Source: Halodesulfurarchaeum sp.
GTDB lineage: Archaea; Halobacteriota; Halobacteria; Halobacteriales; Halobacteriaceae
Assembly (NCBI GenBank): GCA_042216015.1
Contig: JBDGUI010000005.1
Location: 1-10,455, forward strand
Length of the DNA: 10,455 bases
Reading direction: 5' to 3'
Positions 1 through 7,140 of the stretch are shown here, in pieces. A program made the translations under genes and the position numbers. Each line of letters starts with the position of its first letter. Position 1 is the stretch's first letter. The notes below the pieces were generated by a model. The model worked only from the letters and a program-made list of their open reading frames with translations. It made no database searches and was not told the origin of the DNA.

Positions 1-10
1 CCCGACGAGG

Positions 11-21
11 AAAAAGTGGAA
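11..21 (-). terminator. Probable oligo-T terminator of tRNA-Phe
   Basis: Minus strand reads CTTCCACTTTTT immediately after the tRNA discriminator; T-tracts are the usual haloarchaeal terminators. Confidence 0.5.
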
Positions 22-22
22 G

Positions 23-96
23 TGCCACCTCCCGGATTTGAACCGGGGACAGCTCGATCTTCAGTCGAGTGCTCTCCCAGTCTGAGCTAAGGCGGC
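23..96 (-). tRNA. tRNA-Phe (anticodon GAA), intronless, CCA not encoded
   Basis: Reverse complement GCCGCCTTAGCTCAGACTGGGAGAGCACTCGACTGAAGATCGAGCTGTCCCCGGTTCAAATCCGGGAGGTGGCA folds as a cloverleaf: acceptor GCCGCCT/AGGTGGC, D arm GCTC/GAGC, anticodon arm CTCGA-CTGAAGA-TCGAG, T arm CCCGG-TTCAAAT-CCGGG, discriminator A. Confidence 0.97.
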
Positions 97-121
97 GTAT
101 GCGGAGAGTGGCCAAGGATGG

Positions 122-135
122 CCAAAAGGATTACG
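122..135 (-). promoter_or_regulatory. Putative BRE/TATA-like promoter of tRNA-Phe
   Basis: Minus strand CGTAATCCTTTTGG, with the T-run 28-31 nt upstream of the mature tRNA 5' end; it is the main AT-rich patch nearby. Confidence 0.4.
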
Positions 136-226
136 AAACGTGGGGGTCGGGTGTGAGAAACCGCCGGGCCACATCGACCAGACGCGGACCACCCGACTCA
201 AGGCAACCGGGGCCGAACCCGAAGCC

Positions 227-1255
227 ATGCAACCGGGGAAGGTCGATCGGGATTTCTTCGAGGCGGTCATCGCGGGTCGACTCGGCGCCACCCGCACTGA
301 TGTCGACCTCGGCCCCACCTTCGGCGCCGACTTCGGCCTCCTCTCGGTCGGCGACCGGGCCCTCGCCATCGCGACTGATCCCGTCTTCGTCCTCCGCGAT
401 CTGGGCCTCGAACGAGCCGCGTGGTTCGCCGTCCACGTCGTCCTGAGCGACGTCGCCATCTCCGGCCTCCCACCCTCGCACCTCGCGGTGACTCTGGCCC
501 TGCCCCCCGGCACCGACCCAGCGACCGTCGAGACGATCTGGTCGGTCGTCGACCGCGAGGCCCGGGAGCTGGGCGTAAGTATCGTCACCGGGCACACGGG
601 CGCCTACGCGGGGGCGGCGTTCCCGACCATCGGGGCCGGGACGGCGCTGGCCGTCGGTGACCCGGAGCAGGTCGTCCGACCGACCGGCGCGGTGCCCGGG
701 GACCGCCTGCTCGTGACCCGCGGCCCGGCCATCGAGACCACCGGCATCCTTGCGACCGTCTTCGGCGAGGACCTGGCGCTTCCGAAGGCGACGGTCGAGG
801 CCGCCCGAGAGCGGTTCTGGGACACCAGCCCGGTGCGGGCAGCGGGGGTGGCCGCGAGTGCGGGGCCGGTGACCGCGATGCACGACGCGACCGAGGGTGG
901 GCTGGCGAACGCCCTCCACGAGCTGGCTCACGCGAGCGGGGTCGGGCTGTCGGTCCAGTCCGAATCGGTGCCGGTCCTGGATGGCGTCGAGGCGGTGTGC
1001 TCGCATCTCGAGATCGACCCGTGGACGGCCTCGAGTTCGGGGACGGTGCTCGCGACGGTTGCTCCCGAGGGGGTCTCGCCAGTCATCGAGGCCCTCGAGA
1101 AGGCCGGCATTCCGGTCGCCGAGATTGGCACGGTAACCGATTCGGGCGACGTGCTCGTCGATGGCGACCCCATCGCCGTTCCCGAAACGGATCCGTTCTG
1201 GCCGACCTACGAGCGGGCTCGGGCCGAGTGGGGAACGGAAAGCCAGAGGAATTAA
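227..1255 (+). CDS. AIR synthase (PurM/HypE/ThiL/SelD superfamily) family protein of unknown substrate
   Basis: MQPGKVDRDFFEAVI..., ATDP, VLSDVAISG, IVTGHT, GAVPGDRLLVT and MHDATEGGL are PurM-like N- and C-domain motifs. ATG at 227 preferred over GTG at 140 because the family-like sequence begins at 'GK' and the upstream region holds the divergent promoters. Confidence 0.85.
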   Translation: MQPGKVDRDFFEAVIAGRLGATRTDVDLGPTFGADFGLLSVGDRALAIATDPVFVLRDLGLERAAWFAVHVVLSDVAISGLPPSHLAVTLALPPGTDPATVETIWSVVDREARELGVSIVTGHTGAYAGAAFPTIGAGTALAVGDPEQVVRPTGAVPGDRLLVTRGPAIETTGILATVFGEDLALPKATVEAARERFWDTSPVRAAGVAASAGPVTAMHDATEGGLANALHELAHASGVGLSVQSESVPVLDGVEAVCSHLEIDPWTASSSGTVLATVAPEGVSPVIEALEKAGIPVAEIGTVTDSGDVLVDGDPIAVPETDPFWPTYERARAEWGTESQRN

Positions 1256-1305
1256 CCGCACCCGCTTCCTGTCCTGCTGTATGCGAATGCGGTCCCGTCC
1301 GGACC

Positions 1306-1313
1306 GGAGGAGG
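1306..1313 (+). promoter_or_regulatory. Shine-Dalgarno of mutS
   Basis: GGAGGAGG ending 5 nt before the ATG at 1319. Confidence 0.6.
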
Positions 1314-1318
1314 ATGTC

Positions 1319-3949
1319 ATGACCGGGATCGTCGAGGAGTATCTCTCACTCGCCGAGGAGACCGACGCCGACCTGGTGGCAATGCAGGTCGGGGACTTTT
1401 ATGAGTTCTTCGCCGAGAACGCCGAGACGGTCGCCGATGAGCTGGATCTGACCGTCTCTCAGAAGTCGAGCCACGGCTCGAACTACCCCATGGCTGGGGT
1501 TCCCGTATCGGAACTTGCCCCCTATTTGAAGACGCTCGTCGAGCGCGGGTACCGGATCGCCGTCGCCGACCAGCACGAGACCGAGTCAGGCCACGCCCGG
1601 TCGATCACGCGGGTGGTGACACCGGGGACCCTGCTGGATACCGTCGACGCGGCCGCGCAGTACCTCGGGACCGTCGTGGAGGGTGCCGACGCCTATGGTC
1701 TCGCGTTCGTGGACGTTACGACCGGCCGCTTCCACGTCACGCAGGTGGGGAGCCTCGAAGACGCCCTCACGGAGGTCTACCGCTTCGACCCGGCCGAACT
1801 CCTCCCAGGACCGACGCTCCGGGATGCCGATCGATTCGACGCCTTCCGGGACCGGGCCGACGCGACCGTGACCGAACACGATCCCGAGGTGTTCGAACCG
1901 GGCCGGGCTACCCACACGCTTCGCGAGCAGTTCGGCGAGGGAGCCCTTCGGAGCCTGGGGATCGAACCGGAGAGCCCCGCCGTTCAGGCCGCCGGTGCGG
2001 CCCTCTCCTACGTCGACTCGACCGGCCTGGGTGTCACACGCTCGTTCACCCGCCTCCAGCCCTACCGGGCCGACGACCACGTCGAACTCGACGCGACCAC
2101 CCAGCGCAACCTCGAGTTGACCGAGACGATGCAGGGCGACAGTGTGGGCTCGCTTTTCGAGACGATCGATCACACCGAGACGGCCGCTGGCGGGCGATTG
2201 CTCCGGGAGTGGCTCCAGCGCCCCCGCCAATCGAGAGCCGACCTCGAAACCCGCCACGACGCGGTCGAGGCGCTGGCCCAGCGGGCGCTCACACGTGACT
2301 CCATCCAGGCGACCCTCGACGGGGCGCTGGACCTCGAACGGCTGGCCGGGAAGGTCGCCCACGGTACCGCCGACGCCCGCGACCTCCGGGCAGTCGGCGA
2401 GACGCTCTCGGTGCTCCCGACGCTCGTCGAGACGGCGACCGGCGACCCCCAGGTGGCCGATTCGCCGATTGCAACCACGCTCGAAGCTCCCGATCTGGAG
2501 GCGGTCCGGGCCCTGATCGAGGAACTCGAGGAAGCGATCGCCGAGGAGCCACCGAAAACCCTTCGCGAGGGCGGCCTGTTCAAACGGGGCTACGACGACC
2601 GACTCGACGAACTCCTGACCGAGTACGAGGAGGCGACCGAGTGGATCGACTCGCTCGCAGACAGAGAAAAACGCCGACTTGGCATCACTCACCTCCAGAC
2701 GGGGCGGAATCAGACAGACGGATACTACATTCAGGTTGGCCGCTCGGAGACGGATTCGGTCCCCGAGGAGTACCGGGAGGTGAAGGCACTCAAGAACTCC
2801 AAGCGATACACGACCGACGCCCTCGAGGAGCGGGAGCGGGCGGTCTTCCGCCTCGAGGAGCGACGGTCCGATCTCGAGTACGAACTCTTCGAGGACCTCC
2901 GGGACCGGGTCGCCGAACGGACGGACCTGCTCCGTGATGTCGGCGCCGCCCTCGCAGCGGTCGACGTCTACGCGAGCCTGGCGACCCATGCGGTCAAAAA
3001 CGACTGGACCCGCCCCGATCTCGTCGAGTCGGGTATCGCCATCGAAGCCGGTCGGCATCCGGTCGTCGAGGCCACGACCGAGTTCGTTCCGAACGACGCG
3101 ACCCTTTCCGCGGACCGGCGCCTGCAGATCGTCACGGGGCCGAACATGTCTGGGAAGTCGACGTACCTCCGACAGACGGCCCTGATCGTGTTGCTCGCCC
3201 AGATGGGGAGCTTCGTGCCGGCGGATTCGGCCCGGATCGGGCTCGTCGACGGCATCTACACCCGGGTCGGGGCGCTCGACGAACTCGCCCAGGGCCGCTC
3301 GACGTTCATGGTCGAGATGCAGGAGCTCTCGAACATCCTGCACTCCGCGACGGAGGACTCACTCGTGATTCTCGACGAGGTCGGTCGGGGCACCGCGACC
3401 TACGATGGCATCTCGATCGCCTGGGCGGCGACCGAGTACCTCCACAACGAGGTTCGGGCGAAGACGCTCTTTGCCACCCACTATCACGAATTGACCACCC
3501 TCGCCGACCACCTCGAGGGGGTGATCAACGTTCACGTCGCCGCCGAGGAGCGCGACGGCACGGTGACCTTCCTCCGGACGGTTCGGGACGGGGCCGCAGA
3601 CCGAAGTTACGGGATTCACGTCGCGGATCTGGCCGGCGTGCCCGAGCCCGTGGTTTCCAGGGCCGAGGTCGTCCTCGAAAAGCTTCGGGCCGAGAAGGCG
3701 ATCGAGGCCCGGGGCGGCGGAGGCGAGCCGATTCAGGCCGTCTTCGACGTCGGATCGGGCGAATTCGTCTCCGAAAACACCGGAACGGGCGAACCCGGTT
3801 CCGGCCACGAATCCGAGGCGGCCGAAACCGATCCGGCAGCGGAGGAGATCATTTCGGAACTCGAGTCCCTCTCCCTCGCCGAAATGACTCCAGTCGAGGT
3901 GTTCACGGAGGTACAGGCCTGGCAGGACCAGCTCGGGGGTGGATCATGA
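1319..3949 (+). CDS. mutS: DNA mismatch repair protein MutS (MutS1 type, resembles haloarchaeal MutS1b)
   Basis: Mismatch-binding GDFYE (1391-1405), PMAGVP, VVTPGT, LDATTQRNLEL, GRHPVVE, Walker A GPNMSGKST (from 3137), STFMVEM, Walker B DEVGRGT, ATHYHEL, SYGIHVA; 876 aa. Confidence 0.97.
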   Translation: MTGIVEEYLSLAEETDADLVAMQVGDFYEFFAENAETVADELDLTVSQKSSHGSNYPMAGVPVSELAPYLKTLVERGYRIAVADQHETESGHARSITRVVTPGTLLDTVDAAAQYLGTVVEGADAYGLAFVDVTTGRFHVTQVGSLEDALTEVYRFDPAELLPGPTLRDADRFDAFRDRADATVTEHDPEVFEPGRATHTLREQFGEGALRSLGIEPESPAVQAAGAALSYVDSTGLGVTRSFTRLQPYRADDHVELDATTQRNLELTETMQGDSVGSLFETIDHTETAAGGRLLREWLQRPRQSRADLETRHDAVEALAQRALTRDSIQATLDGALDLERLAGKVAHGTADARDLRAVGETLSVLPTLVETATGDPQVADSPIATTLEAPDLEAVRALIEELEEAIAEEPPKTLREGGLFKRGYDDRLDELLTEYEEATEWIDSLADREKRRLGITHLQTGRNQTDGYYIQVGRSETDSVPEEYREVKALKNSKRYTTDALEERERAVFRLEERRSDLEYELFEDLRDRVAERTDLLRDVGAALAAVDVYASLATHAVKNDWTRPDLVESGIAIEAGRHPVVEATTEFVPNDATLSADRRLQIVTGPNMSGKSTYLRQTALIVLLAQMGSFVPADSARIGLVDGIYTRVGALDELAQGRSTFMVEMQELSNILHSATEDSLVILDEVGRGTATYDGISIAWAATEYLHNEVRAKTLFATHYHELTTLADHLEGVINVHVAAEERDGTVTFLRTVRDGAADRSYGIHVADLAGVPEPVVSRAEVVLEKLRAEKAIEARGGGGEPIQAVFDVGSGEFVSENTGTGEPGSGHESEAAETDPAAEEIISELESLSLAEMTPVEVFTEVQAWQDQLGGGS

Positions 3950-5961
3950 CCGAAATCACCCGCCTCGACGACGCGACCATCTCGAAGATCGCGGCCGGGG
4001 AGGTCATCGAGCGGCCCGCGTCCGTCGTGAAGGAACTCGTGGAGAACAGTCTCGATGCTGGTGCGACCCGGGTCGACGTGACTGTGGAGGCCGGCGGAAC
4101 GGAACTCGTTCGGGTCGCCGACGACGGCCAGGGGATGACTGAGAAGGGTGTGAAACGCGCCGTCGAGCAGCACACCACGAGCAAGATCGGATCCATCGAG
4201 GATCTCGAGACGGGTGTGGCGACACTCGGGTTCCGGGGGGAGGCACTGCACACCATCGGGGCGGTCTCACGGATGACCCTCGAAACCCGCCCGCAGGACG
4301 GGTCGGACGTCGGATGGGAGGTCCGGGTGGAGGGGGGCGAGGTGACCGACCTCGCCCCGGTGGGCCGGGCCCCCGGAACGACGGTGACGGTGGCGGACCT
4401 CTTCTACAACACGCCGGCCCGCCGGAAGTATCTCAAGCGCGATGCGACGGAGTTCGCCCACGTGAACCGTGTGGTCTCTCGCTACGCGCTCGCCAATCCG
4501 GCGGTGGCCATCTCGCTCACCCACGGGGAAAACGAGGTCTTCGCGACGGCCGGGACCGGGGACCTGCAGGGGGCGGTGCTGTCGGTCTACGGCCGGGACG
4601 TCGCCGAGAGCATGCTCCGGGTCGGGGCGGAACCGGAGGGGCCGGTGGAATCGGTGTCCGGACTGGTGAGCGATCCGGAGACGACCCGAAGCGGTGCCGA
4701 ATACGTCTCGACCTACGTCAACGGCCGGTACGTCAGATCGGAATCGCTCCGCTCGGCCATTCTGGTTGCCTACGGGAAGCAACTCGCGGGCGATCGCTAT
4801 CCCTTCGCGGTGCTCTTCCTCGAGGTCCCGCCCGAGACGGTCGACGTGAACGTTCATCCCCGAAAGATGGCGGTTCGCTTCGACGACGAGGAGCGGGTGA
4901 CGGAAGCAGTCACGGGGGCGGTCCGTTCGGCCTTGCTGGATCACGGACTGCTGCGATCCGGTGCCCCCCGGGGTCGCTCTGCGCCCGACGAAACTGCCGT
5001 CCGCCCCGAGCCCGGATCTGAGGATGCGACCGACGAGGGGGCCACCGCCGCGCCAGAGGAGGCCGGGACAGATCCGTCCCGCGAGAGCGGGGTCGAACCG
5101 GAATCGACCCAGCGGGATCCGTCAGATCAGGGTACAACGGGATTGAGATCCCCCGATGTGGCGTCCCCGAATTCGAATTCGGAGGGAAGCACCCCCGACC
5201 GGGAACGGGTCACGACCTCCGGAGAGATCGATTCGCGGGGGGACACCGAACCCCTATCACGCCACTCGATTCCCGATCGACCGGGAATCGATCTCGATCC
5301 CCTCCAGACGGACCTCTCCGTCGATTCCGGCGACGAGGCAGCCATCGCCGATCTGGAGACCGACCGGTTGCCCCCGCTCAGGATCCTCGGCCATATTTCT
5401 GACACCTACGTCGTCGCCGAATCGCCGGCGGGACTGGTGCTCATCGACCAGCACGCGGCGGACGAACGGGTGAACTACGAGCGTCTGCAGGCGGACCTCG
5501 GCGAGGGAACCGACACCCAGCGACTCGTCGACCCGGTCGAACTGACGGTCACACCCCAGGAGAGAAGTCAGTTCGAAGCCGTCGACGAGTTCGAGGCCTG
5601 GGGATTCGAGGCCGCTGTCGAGGACGGCCGACTGGTCGTCTCCGGGGTCCCGGCGGTATTCGATGCGACGCTCTCGCCCGAGTTACTCAGAGACGTCCTC
5701 AGTTCGGCACTCGAACACGGCGGGGAAGAGATCGAATCCGCCGCGGACGCCCTGCTCGCCGACATGGCCTGCTACCCCTCGATCACCGGAAACACGTCAC
5801 TCACGGAGGGCTCCATCGTCGAACTCGTCCGCGCCCTCGACGCCTGTGAAAACCCGTATGCCTGTCCCCACGGTCGACCGACGATCATCGAACTCTCGAT
5901 CGAGGAACTCGAGGATCGGTTCGAGCGGGATTATCCCGGTCACGAACACCGGCGGTCCTGA
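3946..5961 (+). CDS. mutL: DNA mismatch repair endonuclease MutL
   Basis: GHKL ATPase motifs IAAGEVIERP, KELVENSLDAG, GFRGEAL, DVNVHP; acidic disordered linker; C-terminal DQHAADERVNYE, MAC, CPHGRP and FER. ATGA overlap with the mutS stop. Confidence 0.97.
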   Translation: MTEITRLDDATISKIAAGEVIERPASVVKELVENSLDAGATRVDVTVEAGGTELVRVADDGQGMTEKGVKRAVEQHTTSKIGSIEDLETGVATLGFRGEALHTIGAVSRMTLETRPQDGSDVGWEVRVEGGEVTDLAPVGRAPGTTVTVADLFYNTPARRKYLKRDATEFAHVNRVVSRYALANPAVAISLTHGENEVFATAGTGDLQGAVLSVYGRDVAESMLRVGAEPEGPVESVSGLVSDPETTRSGAEYVSTYVNGRYVRSESLRSAILVAYGKQLAGDRYPFAVLFLEVPPETVDVNVHPRKMAVRFDDEERVTEAVTGAVRSALLDHGLLRSGAPRGRSAPDETAVRPEPGSEDATDEGATAAPEEAGTDPSRESGVEPESTQRDPSDQGTTGLRSPDVASPNSNSEGSTPDRERVTTSGEIDSRGDTEPLSRHSIPDRPGIDLDPLQTDLSVDSGDEAAIADLETDRLPPLRILGHISDTYVVAESPAGLVLIDQHAADERVNYERLQADLGEGTDTQRLVDPVELTVTPQERSQFEAVDEFEAWGFEAAVEDGRLVVSGVPAVFDATLSPELLRDVLSSALEHGGEEIESAADALLADMACYPSITGNTSLTEGSIVELVRALDACENPYACPHGRPTIIELSIEELEDRFERDYPGHEHRRS

Positions 5962-5985
5962 TTTTGCCCGCTTCCGGGCCCCACT

Positions 5986-6798
5986 TCACTCGATGGAGAA
6001 GGGATGGACGTAGTCGATCTCGGCTACAGACTCGATGTCGGCACCGTCGCTGCAGACGGGGCACTCGGGATTCTGGCTCACCGGGACCTCGTCGGTGGTC
6101 ATGTCCTCACCGTCGTAGACGAGGAGTCGACCGTCCAGTGACTCGCCGAATCCGGCGATCACTTTGAGGGCCTCGGTTGCCTCGATCGTGCCGATGGTTC
6201 CGGGGAGCGGACTCAGGACGCCGTTGACCTCGCAGTCGGGGGTGGCCTCCGCTGGCGGGGCCTCGGCGAAGAGACAGCGGTAGCACGGGCCGTCCTCCTC
6301 GGTCCCGAAGGTCGAGACCTGTCCCTCGAGTCGATAGACCGCGCCGTGGACGAATGGGACGTCGGCGAGCGTACAGGCGTCGTTGATGAGATACCGGGCC
6401 CGGAAGTTGTCGGTACAGTCGACGACGAGGTCCCGGTCTTCGACCAGCGATTCCGCGTTTTCGGGGCCGAAATCGACCTGATGTGGCTGGACCTCGACCT
6501 CGCTATTGAGACCCTCGACGAACTCGCGAGCGCTCTCGACTTTCGGTCGCCCGATGTCGACCTCGGAGTGGATCACCTGTCGCTGGAGGTTCGAGTTCTC
6601 GATCACGTCCGGATCGACGATGTGGAGCGTGTCAACCCCGGCCGCTGCGAGATAGGAGATGACCGGCGACCCGAGACCGCCGGCCCCGACCACGAGGACG
6701 TCGGCCCTGCCGATCCGTTCCTGTCCAGCGCCGCCGACGACGTCGATCGAGAGGTGGCGGGCGTATCGGTACTCGCGCGCCCCGTCGCTGTCGCTCAT
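5986..6798 (-). CDS. ubaA: E1-like ThiF/MoeB-family enzyme, probable SAMP-activating enzyme UbaA (270 aa)
   Basis: RYARH, VLVVGAGGLG, D-x-D...SNLQRQ, DCTDN, Zn ligands CYRC and CPVC, active-site Cys in PDCEVNGVL, acidic C-terminal 'IESVAEIDY' tail typical of haloarchaeal UbaA. Start moved from 7185 to ATG 6798, which has TTTTGA about 27 nt upstream. Confidence 0.88.
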   Translation of the reverse strand: MSDSDGAREYRYARHLSIDVVGGAGQERIGRADVLVVGAGGLGSPVISYLAAAGVDTLHIVDPDVIENSNLQRQVIHSEVDIGRPKVESAREFVEGLNSEVEVQPHQVDFGPENAESLVEDRDLVVDCTDNFRARYLINDACTLADVPFVHGAVYRLEGQVSTFGTEEDGPCYRCLFAEAPPAEATPDCEVNGVLSPLPGTIGTIEATEALKVIAGFGESLDGRLLVYDGEDMTTDEVPVSQNPECPVCSDGADIESVAEIDYVHPFSIE

Positions 6799-6819
6799 TG
6801 GGCTGGATTCGTGCTCGGG

Positions 6820-6832
6820 CCTCAAAACCCTT
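6820..6832 (-). promoter_or_regulatory. Putative TATA-like promoter for leaderless ubaA
   Basis: Minus strand AAGGGTTTTGAGG; the T-run lies 26-29 nt upstream of ATG 6798. Confidence 0.45.
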
Positions 6833-6907
6833 CCCAGCGCAATCGCTGGGGAGTGGAGTGCCCGACAGAATCGGGTAGTCAGAAACGATACCTGAGAGAA
6901 CGGAGCT

Positions 6908-7102
6908 TTAAACTCGCTCGAGGTTGACCGCGCGCGGACCCTTGGGGGCCTGGTCGATTTCGAACTCGACCTCCTGGCCCTCTTCGAGGTCCTCTCCGCC
7001 GACATCTTCCATGTGGAAGAAAACGTCCTCGTCTGCGTCGTCGCTCTCGATGAAACCGTAACCCTTCCGCGTGTGGAAGAAGTCGACCGTACCTGTTGCC
7101 AT
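6908..7102 (-). CDS. csp: Cold-shock domain protein (CspA family), 64 aa
   Basis: MATGTVDFFHTRKGYGFIESDDADEDVFFHMEDVGGEDLEEGQEVEFEIDQAPKGPRAVNLERV contains RNP-1 (KGYGFI), RNP-2 (VFFH) and KGPRA. Start set at ATG 7102 rather than 7204. Confidence 0.95.
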   Translation of the reverse strand: MATGTVDFFHTRKGYGFIESDDADEDVFFHMEDVGGEDLEEGQEVEFEIDQAPKGPRAVNLERV

Positions 7103-7128
7103 TGCAAGTGTCCGAAATGCCGGGACAG

Positions 7129-7140
7129 GGATAAGGCTTC
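7129..7140 (-). promoter_or_regulatory. Putative BRE/TATA promoter of csp
   Basis: Minus strand GAAGCCTTATCC, with CTTAT 29-33 nt upstream of ATG 7102. Confidence 0.5.

Noticed and set aside
109..124. Tandem TGGCCA palindromes between the tRNA and its promoter
   Set aside because: Two 6-mers with no supporting context.
140..226. N-terminal extension MGVGCEK of the AIR-synthase-like ORF, reminiscent of the SelD GCGCK motif
   Set aside because: Spacing does not match SelD, there is no in-frame TGA, and the segment overlaps the divergent promoter region; the family-like sequence starts at ATG 227.
131..1261. 376-aa minus-strand ORF
   Set aside because: Antisense shadow of the AIR-synthase-like gene; Arg/Gly-rich, no motifs, expected in high-GC DNA.
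1586..3343. 585-aa minus-strand ORF inside mutS
   Set aside because: Codon-register antisense shadow caused by scarcity of TTA/CTA/TCA codons in mutS; no recognisable domain.
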